A stretch of DNA of 64,000 nt from Candidatus Cloacimonadales bacterium (GTDB taxonomy: Bacteria; Cloacimonadota; Cloacimonadia; Cloacimonadales; JAIOQZ01): the NCBI GenBank assembly GCA_963662655.2, contig CAXXTU010000002.1, positions 2,080,001-2,144,000 of the forward strand. Reading direction: 5' to 3'. A program made the position numbers and the translations under genes. Of the stretch, positions 18,468 through 28,183 are shown in pieces. Position 1 is the first letter of the stretch, and each line of letters opens with the position of its first letter. Under the pieces are notes generated by a model. That model was not told the origin of the DNA. It did no database searches and saw only the letters and a list, made by a program, of their open reading frames with translations.

Positions 18468-20984
18468 TTATCGCAGGAGAACGATCTTCTTCACCAGCGA
18501 ACGCTCGCTGCTCTCGATCCGCGCGAAATAGATACCGCTACCAACTCTCTTGCCCGACTGGTCGGTTCCGTTCCACTGAATCATGTATCTGCCACCGGCG
18601 TCTTTCTCCGGTTTCCACGACTGGATTTTCTGCCCCTTCACGTTGTAGAGGCTAACGGTGGGTACTTTCGAGGATGCGATGCTCATCGAGATTCCGCTTC
18701 CGCTTGCAAGGTTGGTCGGATTCGGGAATATGTGCGCCGCAAGGAATTTCTCCGGCGTGGGATCAGGCTCGTCGCCGATGCTCTGGATGTTTATCTCCAG
18801 GGTGTTGGTCGAATAGGATTCACCTTGTTCTGTAATTGCTGCAATATAGTATTCATTATTGCCCGACGGCACTTCTACGTATGTCCAAAAACCTGTAAAG
18901 TCAAGCATCTCTTCAACATCGCCGTTTCGGTAGAGCCAATATCCCGTGAAAGGATCCGCCGAATCAAGGAACGGTGGGTCCCACATGAATAGGTAAAGAT
19001 TGTCATGCTGATGCCACGCAGTGAGATTCATGGGGCCTTCGTGATCCATGTCCCGGACGAAGCCCCAATAATTTCCTTCACAAAGCGGCATATAGCCTTC
19101 GCCGCCATTCAAGTAGCAGCCCTCGGCCTGGTAATCGTTTTCGAGACACCAGGATAAATACTCCTTCTCGTTCATGAGGCCGAAATCCTCTACGAATCGC
19201 CGCCGGTACAAAATTTCTTGGTTGTATTCGTAGTAATCGACAATTAACTCACCTGTTTCTCCATACGGTGTAACCAGGGCATTCAGGTAGTTGACCGTTA
19301 AATCGTCGCCCAAATCTGCAGAAACCCATGTATCTCCTGGTTCCAGATCATCGTTGCGAACCAACCAGCAAGTTTGTGCGATCCACAGGGTCTCGGGGAA
19401 GGTCGGTTCATAATCTACGAGACCGACAATCTGAACGCCTTCATCAGCATCGACCAGTAAATAGTCTTTCTCCCAGAAGATGAGGTGGGAGTATCGGTAC
19501 GGATAGATTTCCATGCCGTCGTGCGTGAATGGGGCATAGATTGTTCGGGAGATTGGTAACTCCTCAACAAACTCCCTGATGTCGATACCGGTGGTGATGG
19601 TTTCCTCTTCGATATGAAGAACGTCCGGATCGCTAATACCGTCGTATATACTCTTCAACGGGTTGTCCTCGACGTCCTCTTCAACGTACACGAAGTAGTT
19701 GCCGGCAAAGGGAACCGGTAGGAAATAGGTGCTATCGGAGGTTGAATGCCCGGTCGCGACGATGTCTCGGGTTTCCTCTTCCACGAGATAAACGTTAACT
19801 TCCGGATTCACCAGGTTGCTGACCTTCCCGGTAATAAAGGCTCTGGCCAGACAATCCGTCGTATAGATCGGATCGTAATCCACGGAACCGGTGATGGTTT
19901 CTTCGATCTCCGCCGGAATGACGGTACCCCAGAAGCAGTTTTCCGCCTTGATTTCGTGCGATGAACCGGAATAGATACTGTGGGTGGTCCCCGATCCGTC
20001 GATATTATCGTAGATTATATTGCGGCCTGTGCCGAGTGTGGTATTACCCAAATCCCCGTTCGCGTTGTTTATAATGTAGAATCCCGTATAGTTTCCGGTG
20101 ATGATGTTCTGGCTGAAGGTTGGATATGTCGTCGCGCCGTAGAGCATCACTCCCGCGCCGGAATTGGCGTTTCCAGGTACGAAATTGTTGCGGATTATGT
20201 TATTCTCGAAGTAACCGGAGGCATCGTAGAGATAGATGCCCGTCAGGTTTTCCTCGATCAGGTTCCCTCTGACGGTTGGGGAAATATCGCCGCTTGCGTA
20301 GATATCCCAGGCCGTTATCCCCTGCCAGACGTTGTTGTGGATGTGGTTGTCATAAATCTGCGGGTGGCAGATACCGCCATCGCTCTGGCAGGCCATCTGA
20401 ATGGCTGCTCTGGGCGATTCGTCCAGCGCGCACTGCGTGATCTCGTTATTCGTGATGATCGGATTGTGTTCGTAGATCATGATGCCGTTTTGCTGGCAAT
20501 TCTCGATCAGGTTTTCGTTGATGATCACCTCGGGCGGATTGGAGTTCCCCAGCCCGTAGACATGGATTCCCGTAACGTTGTTGTCGAAGTGGCAGTTGGT
20601 AATTTCCAGCTGCGTATTGAGGGTGTTGATTCCATTATCCGCGTGTTCGATATAGCAAAAGCTGAAGAAACTTCCCTGGCTGCTATTATCCAGCCGAATA
20701 CCGCCCCAAACACTTTCGTCCGGTGAATAAAAGTGAATAAGACTGGTCGCGGTTCCCTCTGCCGTGATGGCTCCTTCGACGTTGATGCGATAATCGCCCA
20801 TCGCTTCAACGTTCACACCGGGGTGGATCGTCAATGTGTTCCCGGCCGAAACCGTTATGTCGCCAACAACCTGGTAGGGATTGTTATCCATAGTCCATGT
20901 ACCGCTCTGATTTCCTGAGACGTCGGTACCGCTCAATATGCTGACGCATAGGAACACTGAAATCAATATCAAAGCCTTTTTCAT
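18468..20984 (-). CDS. Secreted right-handed beta-helix protein with FlgD-Ig/T9SS-like C-terminal domain
   Basis: Signal peptide MKKALIL; PbH1-like Asn-rich repeats; FPNP...YNVKGQ..WNGTDQSGKRVGSGIYF..KKIVLLR. Confidence 0.85.
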   Translation of the reverse strand: MKKALILISVFLCVSILSGTDVSGNQSGTWTMDNNPYQVVGDITVSAGNTLTIHPGVNVEAMGDYRINVEGAITAEGTATSLIHFYSPDESVWGGIRLDNSSQGSFFSFCYIEHADNGINTLNTQLEITNCHFDNNVTGIHVYGLGNSNPPEVIINENLIENCQQNGIMIYEHNPIITNNEITQCALDESPRAAIQMACQSDGGICHPQIYDNHIHNNVWQGITAWDIYASGDISPTVRGNLIEENLTGIYLYDASGYFENNIIRNNFVPGNANSGAGVMLYGATTYPTFSQNIITGNYTGFYIINNANGDLGNTTLGTGRNIIYDNIDGSGTTHSIYSGSSHEIKAENCFWGTVIPAEIEETITGSVDYDPIYTTDCLARAFITGKVSNLVNPEVNVYLVEEETRDIVATGHSTSDSTYFLPVPFAGNYFVYVEEDVEDNPLKSIYDGISDPDVLHIEEETITTGIDIREFVEELPISRTIYAPFTHDGMEIYPYRYSHLIFWEKDYLLVDADEGVQIVGLVDYEPTFPETLWIAQTCWLVRNDDLEPGDTWVSADLGDDLTVNYLNALVTPYGETGELIVDYYEYNQEILYRRRFVEDFGLMNEKEYLSWCLENDYQAEGCYLNGGEGYMPLCEGNYWGFVRDMDHEGPMNLTAWHQHDNLYLFMWDPPFLDSADPFTGYWLYRNGDVEEMLDFTGFWTYVEVPSGNNEYYIAAITEQGESYSTNTLEINIQSIGDEPDPTPEKFLAAHIFPNPTNLASGSGISMSIASSKVPTVSLYNVKGQKIQSWKPEKDAGGRYMIQWNGTDQSGKRVGSGIYFARIESSERSLVKKIVLLR

Positions 20985-21028
20985 GTTACCTTCAATATGA
21001 GTATGTTGCATCTATGTCAGTTTCTATG

Positions 21029-21745
21029 TTATTCCTTTATTTTCTCTTCGAATAAGTACTCGATTTTCGAAAGGTTGTCTCGAATGAACGATTGCGCGAT
21101 GAACTCGGCGAAGATATCGAGGATGATCAGCGCGTTGATGTGGGTGTCCTTCGCTCGTTGAGACTTTATACGTTTCATCAACGTTGTATTGACCTGATGG
21201 ATCTGGTCGAGATCGGTTGTCAACTCCTGAAGGTCCCAATCGGGCTTCTGCCCCTTTTTCTTGCGGAAGAACTGGCGAACGAGGTACATGGAAATCCAGC
21301 GGTACATGGTCTCTTCCAGCGATGCGAACGGGAGATGGAATCGAACCATCGGGCGCAACGTCGAAAGTACCGGGCAGCCGCAGGTGACAGTGAATATACC
21401 CATTATCGAACTAACACCCTTTTGGAGATCGATCAGTTGCAGGTAGGTTCTTTCCTTCGCTTCCACCCGAACTTCCGCTTTCTCGAAGGATACCAGATTC
21501 TTGAAATAATCGATGATATCCACCAAGCTCGCCGCCACCGGGCAATAGAGATGTTCCTCTTTCGTAAGTGTGCAATTGGGACACTTGTGGAACTCGAGCT
21601 TTGTCCAATCCGGTAGGTCCACGTAAGGCTCTCTTACGAGCTCAAGCGTATCCGGCTTGAGGAAGATATCGATATTCTGCATTTCTCCGTTTTTAAATAT
21701 GAACGTATATGTGAATTTAATTAGCTGCGGGGACATTGCTTGCAT
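21029..21745 (-). CDS. Conserved hypothetical protein (DUF6901-like)
   Basis: WTKLEFHKCPNC..CPVA, CGCP..LRPMVRFHLPF motifs. Confidence 0.7.
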   Translation of the reverse strand: MQAMSPQLIKFTYTFIFKNGEMQNIDIFLKPDTLELVREPYVDLPDWTKLEFHKCPNCTLTKEEHLYCPVAASLVDIIDYFKNLVSFEKAEVRVEAKERTYLQLIDLQKGVSSIMGIFTVTCGCPVLSTLRPMVRFHLPFASLEETMYRWISMYLVRQFFRKKKGQKPDWDLQELTTDLDQIHQVNTTLMKRIKSQRAKDTHINALIILDIFAEFIAQSFIRDNLSKIEYLFEEKIKE

Positions 21746-21892
21746 TTCATTACCTCAGTGTCATAGAACGCAATTAAATTATCAGTGTGTCAAGAAAGAA
21801 TTGCAATGCGTCTTTGCATCGCTCCTGAACGTTCGTGTTCGGAACTGAACGGCACAAACCAGAATTATCACATTTAAACCGAACTTGACAGA

Positions 21893-21908
21893 TGGCATGC
21901 GACTTGCA
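21893..21908 (+). promoter_or_regulatory. sigma54 (-24/-12) promoter of the ABC permease gene
   Basis: TGGCATGCGACTTGCA, about 76 nt upstream of ATG 21985. Confidence 0.65.
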
Positions 21909-21984
21909 TAAATGATATAGGATGATTTTTGCTGAGAAGAGATGTCGGCGACAATCATTTGACTCAATTTTTACCGGAGGTCGG

Positions 21985-24351
21985 ATGTTTCGTAACTACC
22001 TGGTGATCGCTGTCAGGAACATTGTACGCTACAAGCTGCATTCGCTGATCAATATCATGGGATTGGCGATTAGCTTCGCCGTTTCGATCCTGATCGCGTT
22101 TTGGGTCATGCACGAGTACTCGTACGACAAATTCCACGAGCATATCGACAACATTTACCTCGTGCCGAGTTATGTTTACTATGGGCCTCAGAAGAATTTC
22201 AACACCGGCAGTCCCCCTGCTCTCGCCCATGCTATCGAAACGGAATATCCGGAGGTGATTCGGGCAGGACGTCTTTACAACAGCGATACGAACGTCCTGA
22301 TCCAGGTCGGGCAGGATTCCTTCAAAGAGAAGCTGAACTTCCTTGATCCAGCACTCTTCGATATATTCACGTTTCCATTTGTCAGCGGAGATTTCAAGGC
22401 CGGCGAGATAGATCCCTATTCCCTGGTTGTTTCGGAGACCATCGCGAAGAAATTGTTCGGAGACGTGAATCCGGTCGGGAAAACGGTGGATATCGACGAG
22501 AGGTTCACGTTTACCATTACGGGCGTCTTCCAAGATATCCCCGGGAACTCAACCATCACATTCTCGATGGCCGCGCCCATTATCTTCCTCGAGAATTATT
22601 ATGACAGAGAAGGATACACGCAAACGTGGTATAATTGCAGTTTCCGGTCATACGCCCTGCTGAAGGACAATTTCGATGTAGTGCCGTTTCTGGAGAAGCT
22701 TTCCGGGCGCTGCAAGGAATCGCGACCCGAGAGCGATATCGAGCCATTCCTCTATCCCTATAAAGACCTGTATCTCGTGTTGTACGGTTATTCACGATAC
22801 ACCATGATATTCATCAACATCTGCCTGTTCATTATCTTGATCGCGATGATCAATTTCGCCAACCTCTCGACGGCTTCCGCTTTGCGGAGATCGCGGGAGA
22901 TCGGAATTCGCAAGATATACGGCAGCAGCAGAAAAAGGCTCATGTTTCAATTCATTGGAGAATCGATTCTACTGGCGTTTTTATCTCTCTTCATCAGCAT
23001 TTTCCTGGTCGAGTTCACGCTACCGCTGTTTAACAACCTGACAAACGAGACCTTCTCTTTCAGGAATTTCTTCACTTTCAAACTGGGGTTGATCGGCTTC
23101 GGAATCACCCTCCTCACCGGGCTTCTGGCGGGAATCTATCCTGCTTTCTTGCTTTCGAGATTCAATCCGATTGATGTGCTGAAGAACCCGGATTTCCGTG
23201 TTGGAGGGAAATCGGTGCTGCGCATCATTCTGGTGATTACCCAGTTCATGCTCAGCTCCATTATGTTTATATCCCTCATGTTTGTCATGCAGCAAACCCG
23301 ATACATGATACATAAAAACTTGGGCTTCGATAAGGAAAACCTCGTTGTGATCCCGGTCGAGGGCAATTTGATCGAGCACGCCGAGACCTGGAAGCACGAT
23401 CTGGTGTCGCATCCGGACATCGCTTCAGGAACTCTCTCGTCTCACCTGCCTACCGGTATCTGGTACAACAGCTCCGGCTGGGATTGGGAGGGGCGTCCTG
23501 AAGACCTCGTTTTTCTCGTTACATTCCTTAACATCGATTACGATTACCTCAAGACGATGGACATCGACATGAAGTTGGGTAGCTTCTTCTCGCCTGAGAA
23601 AAACCCGCAAAATTCGTCGAATGTGGTTATAAACGAAGCTTTCGCAGAGAAAATTGGCGTGGAGAATCCGACGGGAATGACGCTTCACTATTCCGGCATC
23701 GACGTGACGGTGATCGGCGTTGTGAACAATTTTAATTACAAGACCCTCGAGTACGAGCTCGGGCCGCTATTGATGCAGTGCACCAACAATGAAGACTTGT
23801 TCGGTTCCATTAAATACAACTACCTCACTTTACGGGTGATAGATAGCGATATTCCCAAGACCATCGAGTACATCGAGAAAGTGACGCGGAAGTTCAATCC
23901 GAGCTACCCCTTCACCTACTTTTTCCTGGACGATCTCCTGCAGAGCCGATACAGAACAAGTCAGAGATTTATGCAGATGGTGGGAAGCTTCACGGTCTTG
24001 GCGCTCTTTATCTCCAGTCTGGGACTGTTCGGACTCGCTTCGTACATGACTCGGCAGCGCACAAGGGAGATCAGTATCAAAAAAGTTCTGGGGGCATCCA
24101 TCACACGCATCAGTCTTACCATGATTTTCGATTTCTGCAAATGGGTTCTTCTGGCGAATATTCTTGCGTGGCCCATCGCATGGTATCTGGTCCGCAAATT
24201 CCTGGAGGCTTATCCGTACAGGATTGATATCGGGCTCCATCCCTTTATGCTTTCGACCCTTATCACCTTCTTCATTGCGGCACTCACCGTAAGTTGGCAA
24301 ACCATCCGCGTCGCCTTTATGACGACAACAAAATCCTTGCAAAACGAATAG
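21985..24351 (+). CDS. MacB/FtsX-family ABC transporter permease (duplicated)
   Basis: MFRNYL.IA.RN, two periplasmic core domains, REIGIRK..G and REISIKKVLGAS; GGAGG RBS. Confidence 0.92.
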   Translation: MFRNYLVIAVRNIVRYKLHSLINIMGLAISFAVSILIAFWVMHEYSYDKFHEHIDNIYLVPSYVYYGPQKNFNTGSPPALAHAIETEYPEVIRAGRLYNSDTNVLIQVGQDSFKEKLNFLDPALFDIFTFPFVSGDFKAGEIDPYSLVVSETIAKKLFGDVNPVGKTVDIDERFTFTITGVFQDIPGNSTITFSMAAPIIFLENYYDREGYTQTWYNCSFRSYALLKDNFDVVPFLEKLSGRCKESRPESDIEPFLYPYKDLYLVLYGYSRYTMIFINICLFIILIAMINFANLSTASALRRSREIGIRKIYGSSRKRLMFQFIGESILLAFLSLFISIFLVEFTLPLFNNLTNETFSFRNFFTFKLGLIGFGITLLTGLLAGIYPAFLLSRFNPIDVLKNPDFRVGGKSVLRIILVITQFMLSSIMFISLMFVMQQTRYMIHKNLGFDKENLVVIPVEGNLIEHAETWKHDLVSHPDIASGTLSSHLPTGIWYNSSGWDWEGRPEDLVFLVTFLNIDYDYLKTMDIDMKLGSFFSPEKNPQNSSNVVINEAFAEKIGVENPTGMTLHYSGIDVTVIGVVNNFNYKTLEYELGPLLMQCTNNEDLFGSIKYNYLTLRVIDSDIPKTIEYIEKVTRKFNPSYPFTYFFLDDLLQSRYRTSQRFMQMVGSFTVLALFISSLGLFGLASYMTRQRTREISIKKVLGASITRISLTMIFDFCKWVLLANILAWPIAWYLVRKFLEAYPYRIDIGLHPFMLSTLITFFIAALTVSWQTIRVAFMTTTKSLQNE

Positions 24352-24376
24352 GACACTCGAGATCGGCACCCAACCA

Positions 24377-24558
24377 GCGCGGCGGGGCGGCGGGTGTGCT
24401 TCGCACACGATCCACTCCTCTTGCATGCGACCCCGCTTGCAAGAGGAGTGGATTAAAAGCCATTTCTCAGCGCTGCGACATGACTCGCCGACCGGATGCA
24501 ATTCGGGATGGACTGGCATGTCGCAGAGCGAAAGGGCTTTTCCGCCGCCCCGCCGCGC
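24377..24558 (+). repeat. Four-way-junction palindromic element, family B copy 2
   Basis: GCGCGGCGGGGCGGCGG/CCGCCGCCCCGCCGCGC outer stem; GTGTGC-ttc-GCACAC; ATCCACTCCTCTTGCA arm; AAAAGCC..GGCTTTT arm enclosing TGCGACATG/CATGTCGCA. Confidence 0.8.
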
Positions 24559-24647
24559 GGACGTACGAGCAAATCCCGGATTGCAGCTTCTCTCAAAAAG
24601 AGAAGCGCGTCTTTCGACGCGCTTCGATATGATACGATTCTAATTAC

Positions 24648-27452
24648 TTACTGACTTGGGAATGCGTTGATCAGGAACGTCAGATGGAAGGTCGAAAGTG
24701 CGGTTCCAACAATCGTGAAAACGATGATTAGGAACTTGGCCGCGTCCTGTGCCTTCAGGGTACCCAAAGTCAATGGTTCCTTCGAAAGGTATGCCGAAGC
24801 TGCGTAAAGCTCTTCACCGATCAGCGTGTAGTCGCAAGTCGTGATGAAGAACGGAATCTGCGTAACCGCGTCCGTACCGGCGATCTGCACACAACCCGCG
24901 GCGTTCCCGGTCTCGGTCATGATCAACGCTTCCGCGAAGAACATACCCATGTAGAAGTTGGTTGCAGTCCGCTCACGAAGCATGATACCGTTCACGCCGG
25001 CAACGTACGCAAACTGGCGTTCCGCAATGAAGAACACGTCGTTGCTGTTGTACGCATCGGGACGACCGGCCTCATAGCAAGCTTCCTTCACGATTTCCTG
25101 CGCGACAGGAAGAACGATGTAGTCGCACACAGGAACTAGAATTCTGCTGTCGTACTCGGCAGCTCTTCTTGCCACGTGACCGAGGATGGAAAGCCCCGCC
25201 AGAGTCGCAACGTCATCGATCGAAGAAAGCCCTGGGACAAACAGCATCGGCCTGCCCATTTCGGTAGCGCGGCCGATCGCGTTGTCGATCTCGGCAAGAC
25301 CGGCAATAGGTCTCACGAAGAATTCTTTTCCGCGCCGTGCCATGAAAATGAACAACCACACAAAGAAACCGAAAAGCAGCGTTGCGATCAGCATCGGATT
25401 CTTGGTGGTGTCAAACCACTCCGATTTCGGGAAAAGGAAGGACTCACCATCGTGCGTGTAAGTCTCCGAAAGCGTGAAGCGTCCCTTGTCGTCGCTCTTG
25501 CAGAACTGATACTCGAAGCTTCTCTTCATCCTGTGACGGAACTCGGAGAGCATTCGCATACGAGCCTTGCCATTTTCGATCTGGTTCGCCTTGCTGATAT
25601 TGGGATCCTCATTCTGCATCCATATCAACGAGCGATAGTACTCCTCGGCTTCTCCGTAATAAGCTTTCTGTTCCTCCGTTTCGGCAGTTGCAACCGAATC
25701 GGCATAAGCGTCCGCTTCTTTCGTCCACTCGGCCATCGACTTCTTTACTTCATCGCCGAAGATCGTCGTTTCGACCATCGTTTTCTTATCGCGATTGTAG
25801 TATACTGTCAAACTCGGTGAAACCAGCAAGATGTCCTTATCAGCATCGAAACGATTCACCAACTTGAAAATGGAATCTTCATAAGGAATGTTATCGTCGT
25901 GGAAACGCTGGTATGGACTCAGCTTTTTCGCGGTACGGTAAACCACGTCCGCAGCGGCTCGTTTGTACAGCTTGTAAACGTAGTTCTGAACGATTTCGCC
26001 ATCAACGGTTAACGGCGCAATCTGGAAATCCTTGAAATCGATGTTGTAGCTTACATTCTGCGTAAGAACGTAATCCTCGGGAACAGCCGTCTTGCCAGTC
26101 TTCAGCTTCATTGACACCAGCAATCCCTTCTCGACCGTTTCATGGTCAGGAACCTTGATGCGAATGATGTTGTCCTGGTAAAACTCGTTCACGTGATCCA
26201 GTAGATTTCCTTCCGCGTCATACACGTCGAAGTAGATATTCTTGATGCGATAATTGTCGTTGATACTGATCTCGTAATTCAAGGTGACGACATCCTCGCT
26301 CGCATAGGAAGCGCTCGATATCTGCACCAATGGCTTTCCGAACACCAGTTCGTTGTACTCGCCCTTGTCATTCGCCTTGTCACGAATGGCAAACTCCGGA
26401 AGCGAGGGAAGCTTCTCGGAAGTTATCGTGTCGAGGGGTACAGGAGACGAGAAAGTCTCTCTTCCGTAGTAATCGATCAGCGAAATCACGAACATCCATG
26501 ACTTCTGCGGATCGTACACGACATCGATGCCGTGATCCTCATCGACAATCCTGCCATCTCTAACATCGACCTGCGCCAGGTCCATGGAAGAATATGGGAA
26601 CGCCGTCTGACGACGGAAGATCATTTGAGCCGGATTCTCCACGGTAAGCGTTGTATCGCCCTGAGCAGCCGCAAACTGGTTGAACTGAGCAACATTCTCC
26701 TGCTCAACCATGTAGATGCTGTGGTACTGGATGTCATCCTTGAATATCGGGAGTTCCCACTCGAACTGCAACCGGTTGGAATCGCTCACATACACGGCAT
26801 TGAGTTTGTGTATCTTCTCAGGGTAGTTATCCTCTGGTGAACCGCTTTCAATCCCGCATGGAGGATAGTGCTTACCCGATTTGTCCACAACGCCGACGGC
26901 GTAGTAGTACGTGTTCCCGGCAAGCAAAGTCGCGTACAGCCCGTCGAACTGGTACAATCCCAGTCCCGCGGAAACGTCTTCGTCTTCCCCTACGATCTTC
27001 TGAGCGCGGTAGTAAAACTCATCGTTGATGATCACGCCCAAAATATAGAAATGCTCCAGCATCGGCCCATACACGTTGATATCGCGCGGTATCTGCCGGT
27101 AGAACGGTGGATCGAGCTGCGTATCCGCCTTCATTGAAGCAGGGGAATACACGGACACGAAATCGAGGAAACCGCGATCGTAGAAATACATCTTATCGCC
27201 GCTTACACCGGTCTTCGCGTTCACCTCGATGCTTCCCATCAGGAAAAGGCTGTCGGGAGTGATTCCACGGTAGATTCGGTACTCGATGATCCGTTGTTCC
27301 TTGGGAAGCGGAGTCCAGCTCAGCATCAAGCCGGAGCCGTCATCGTTGGGAACATCTTCAATTTGTAAGTTTTTGACTTGGTAATCAGCTATGTCTATAG
27401 CGCATATTTGCATTGCTACAACCAGTAGCAGCGCACATAGAAGTCTTTTCAT
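24648..27452 (-). CDS. Large ectodomain (FN3-like) plus C-terminal DUF6754-type membrane domain, paralogue 2
   Basis: Signal peptide; DVPNDDG..L.W..IIEYRIYRG; RPIAGLAEIDNAIGRATEMGRP; QIPFFITTCDYTLIGEELYAA; GAGGT RBS before ATG 27452. Confidence 0.88.
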   Translation of the reverse strand: MKRLLCALLLVVAMQICAIDIADYQVKNLQIEDVPNDDGSGLMLSWTPLPKEQRIIEYRIYRGITPDSLFLMGSIEVNAKTGVSGDKMYFYDRGFLDFVSVYSPASMKADTQLDPPFYRQIPRDINVYGPMLEHFYILGVIINDEFYYRAQKIVGEDEDVSAGLGLYQFDGLYATLLAGNTYYYAVGVVDKSGKHYPPCGIESGSPEDNYPEKIHKLNAVYVSDSNRLQFEWELPIFKDDIQYHSIYMVEQENVAQFNQFAAAQGDTTLTVENPAQMIFRRQTAFPYSSMDLAQVDVRDGRIVDEDHGIDVVYDPQKSWMFVISLIDYYGRETFSSPVPLDTITSEKLPSLPEFAIRDKANDKGEYNELVFGKPLVQISSASYASEDVVTLNYEISINDNYRIKNIYFDVYDAEGNLLDHVNEFYQDNIIRIKVPDHETVEKGLLVSMKLKTGKTAVPEDYVLTQNVSYNIDFKDFQIAPLTVDGEIVQNYVYKLYKRAAADVVYRTAKKLSPYQRFHDDNIPYEDSIFKLVNRFDADKDILLVSPSLTVYYNRDKKTMVETTIFGDEVKKSMAEWTKEADAYADSVATAETEEQKAYYGEAEEYYRSLIWMQNEDPNISKANQIENGKARMRMLSEFRHRMKRSFEYQFCKSDDKGRFTLSETYTHDGESFLFPKSEWFDTTKNPMLIATLLFGFFVWLFIFMARRGKEFFVRPIAGLAEIDNAIGRATEMGRPMLFVPGLSSIDDVATLAGLSILGHVARRAAEYDSRILVPVCDYIVLPVAQEIVKEACYEAGRPDAYNSNDVFFIAERQFAYVAGVNGIMLRERTATNFYMGMFFAEALIMTETGNAAGCVQIAGTDAVTQIPFFITTCDYTLIGEELYAASAYLSKEPLTLGTLKAQDAAKFLIIVFTIVGTALSTFHLTFLINAFPSQ

Positions 27453-27518
27453 ATACAACCTCGTAACAACATCATTTCGGGCTCATAGCCCGAGAACCGG
27501 AAGCATATTCAATGAATA

Positions 27519-27546
27519 ACGGAGTGCCCACAGCGGGACACTCCGC
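27519..27546 (-). other. Intra-operon hairpin before the second DUF6754-type gene
   Basis: Plus strand ACGGAGTGCCCA-cagc-GGGACACTCCGC imperfect inverted repeat. Confidence 0.45.
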
Positions 27547-27572
27547 ATGAAATATGACAGCGGTTGTATCCG

Positions 27573-28172
27573 CTATTTTATCAGACCGAGCCAGTCTCCC
27601 ATCAGGAACTGGATACGACCGATCAGAAGCGAGATACGCGCCATAACGGTATAACCGAATGATGCGCCGAATCCGATCATCATGTACCAGACACCAATCT
27701 TGGAAACCTTGCCGTACCATCCGGTATGCGCCTTCGAGAAATAGAAGTACATGAGGATAGTTACCGTTCCGACGAAAATCAGAGCGGTGTTGATGTTGTC
27801 GATAGGCAGCATTGCGCTACGCATCTGAACCAGAACCTGCGCGTTCATCGAGAGAGGAACGAACATACCGGTGGAGCACATGAAGATAACCATCGGGTAG
27901 CGTGATAGCCAGCTCAGGTTTTTGCTGAAGCGCGTGAGATACAGGATACCGAGCAGAGTCGGAATCAGGATGATGTATTTATGCTGCAGGAATATCGGTG
28001 TGTAGACGTACGGCAGGTAAACCGAGTCGTAAATCAACGGAATCGCATATCCCATTGAGACACCGACGAACAGATGCTCCGCGAACCGGTAGAAGGGGTT
28101 GTCCTTGTACAGGAACGAGAAGATCGATAACGTCAAAAGAGCTGCTACTGTATTACTGACGAGTTCAAACAT
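27573..28172 (-). CDS. Conserved integral membrane protein of the DUF6754-type operon
   Basis: About 6 TM; SFLYKDNPFYRFAEHLFVG; FGASFGYTVMARISLLIGR. Confidence 0.88.
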   Translation of the reverse strand: MFELVSNTVAALLTLSIFSFLYKDNPFYRFAEHLFVGVSMGYAIPLIYDSVYLPYVYTPIFLQHKYIILIPTLLGILYLTRFSKNLSWLSRYPMVIFMCSTGMFVPLSMNAQVLVQMRSAMLPIDNINTALIFVGTVTILMYFYFSKAHTGWYGKVSKIGVWYMMIGFGASFGYTVMARISLLIGRIQFLMGDWLGLIK

Positions 28173-28183
28173 ATCTTCCTCCC

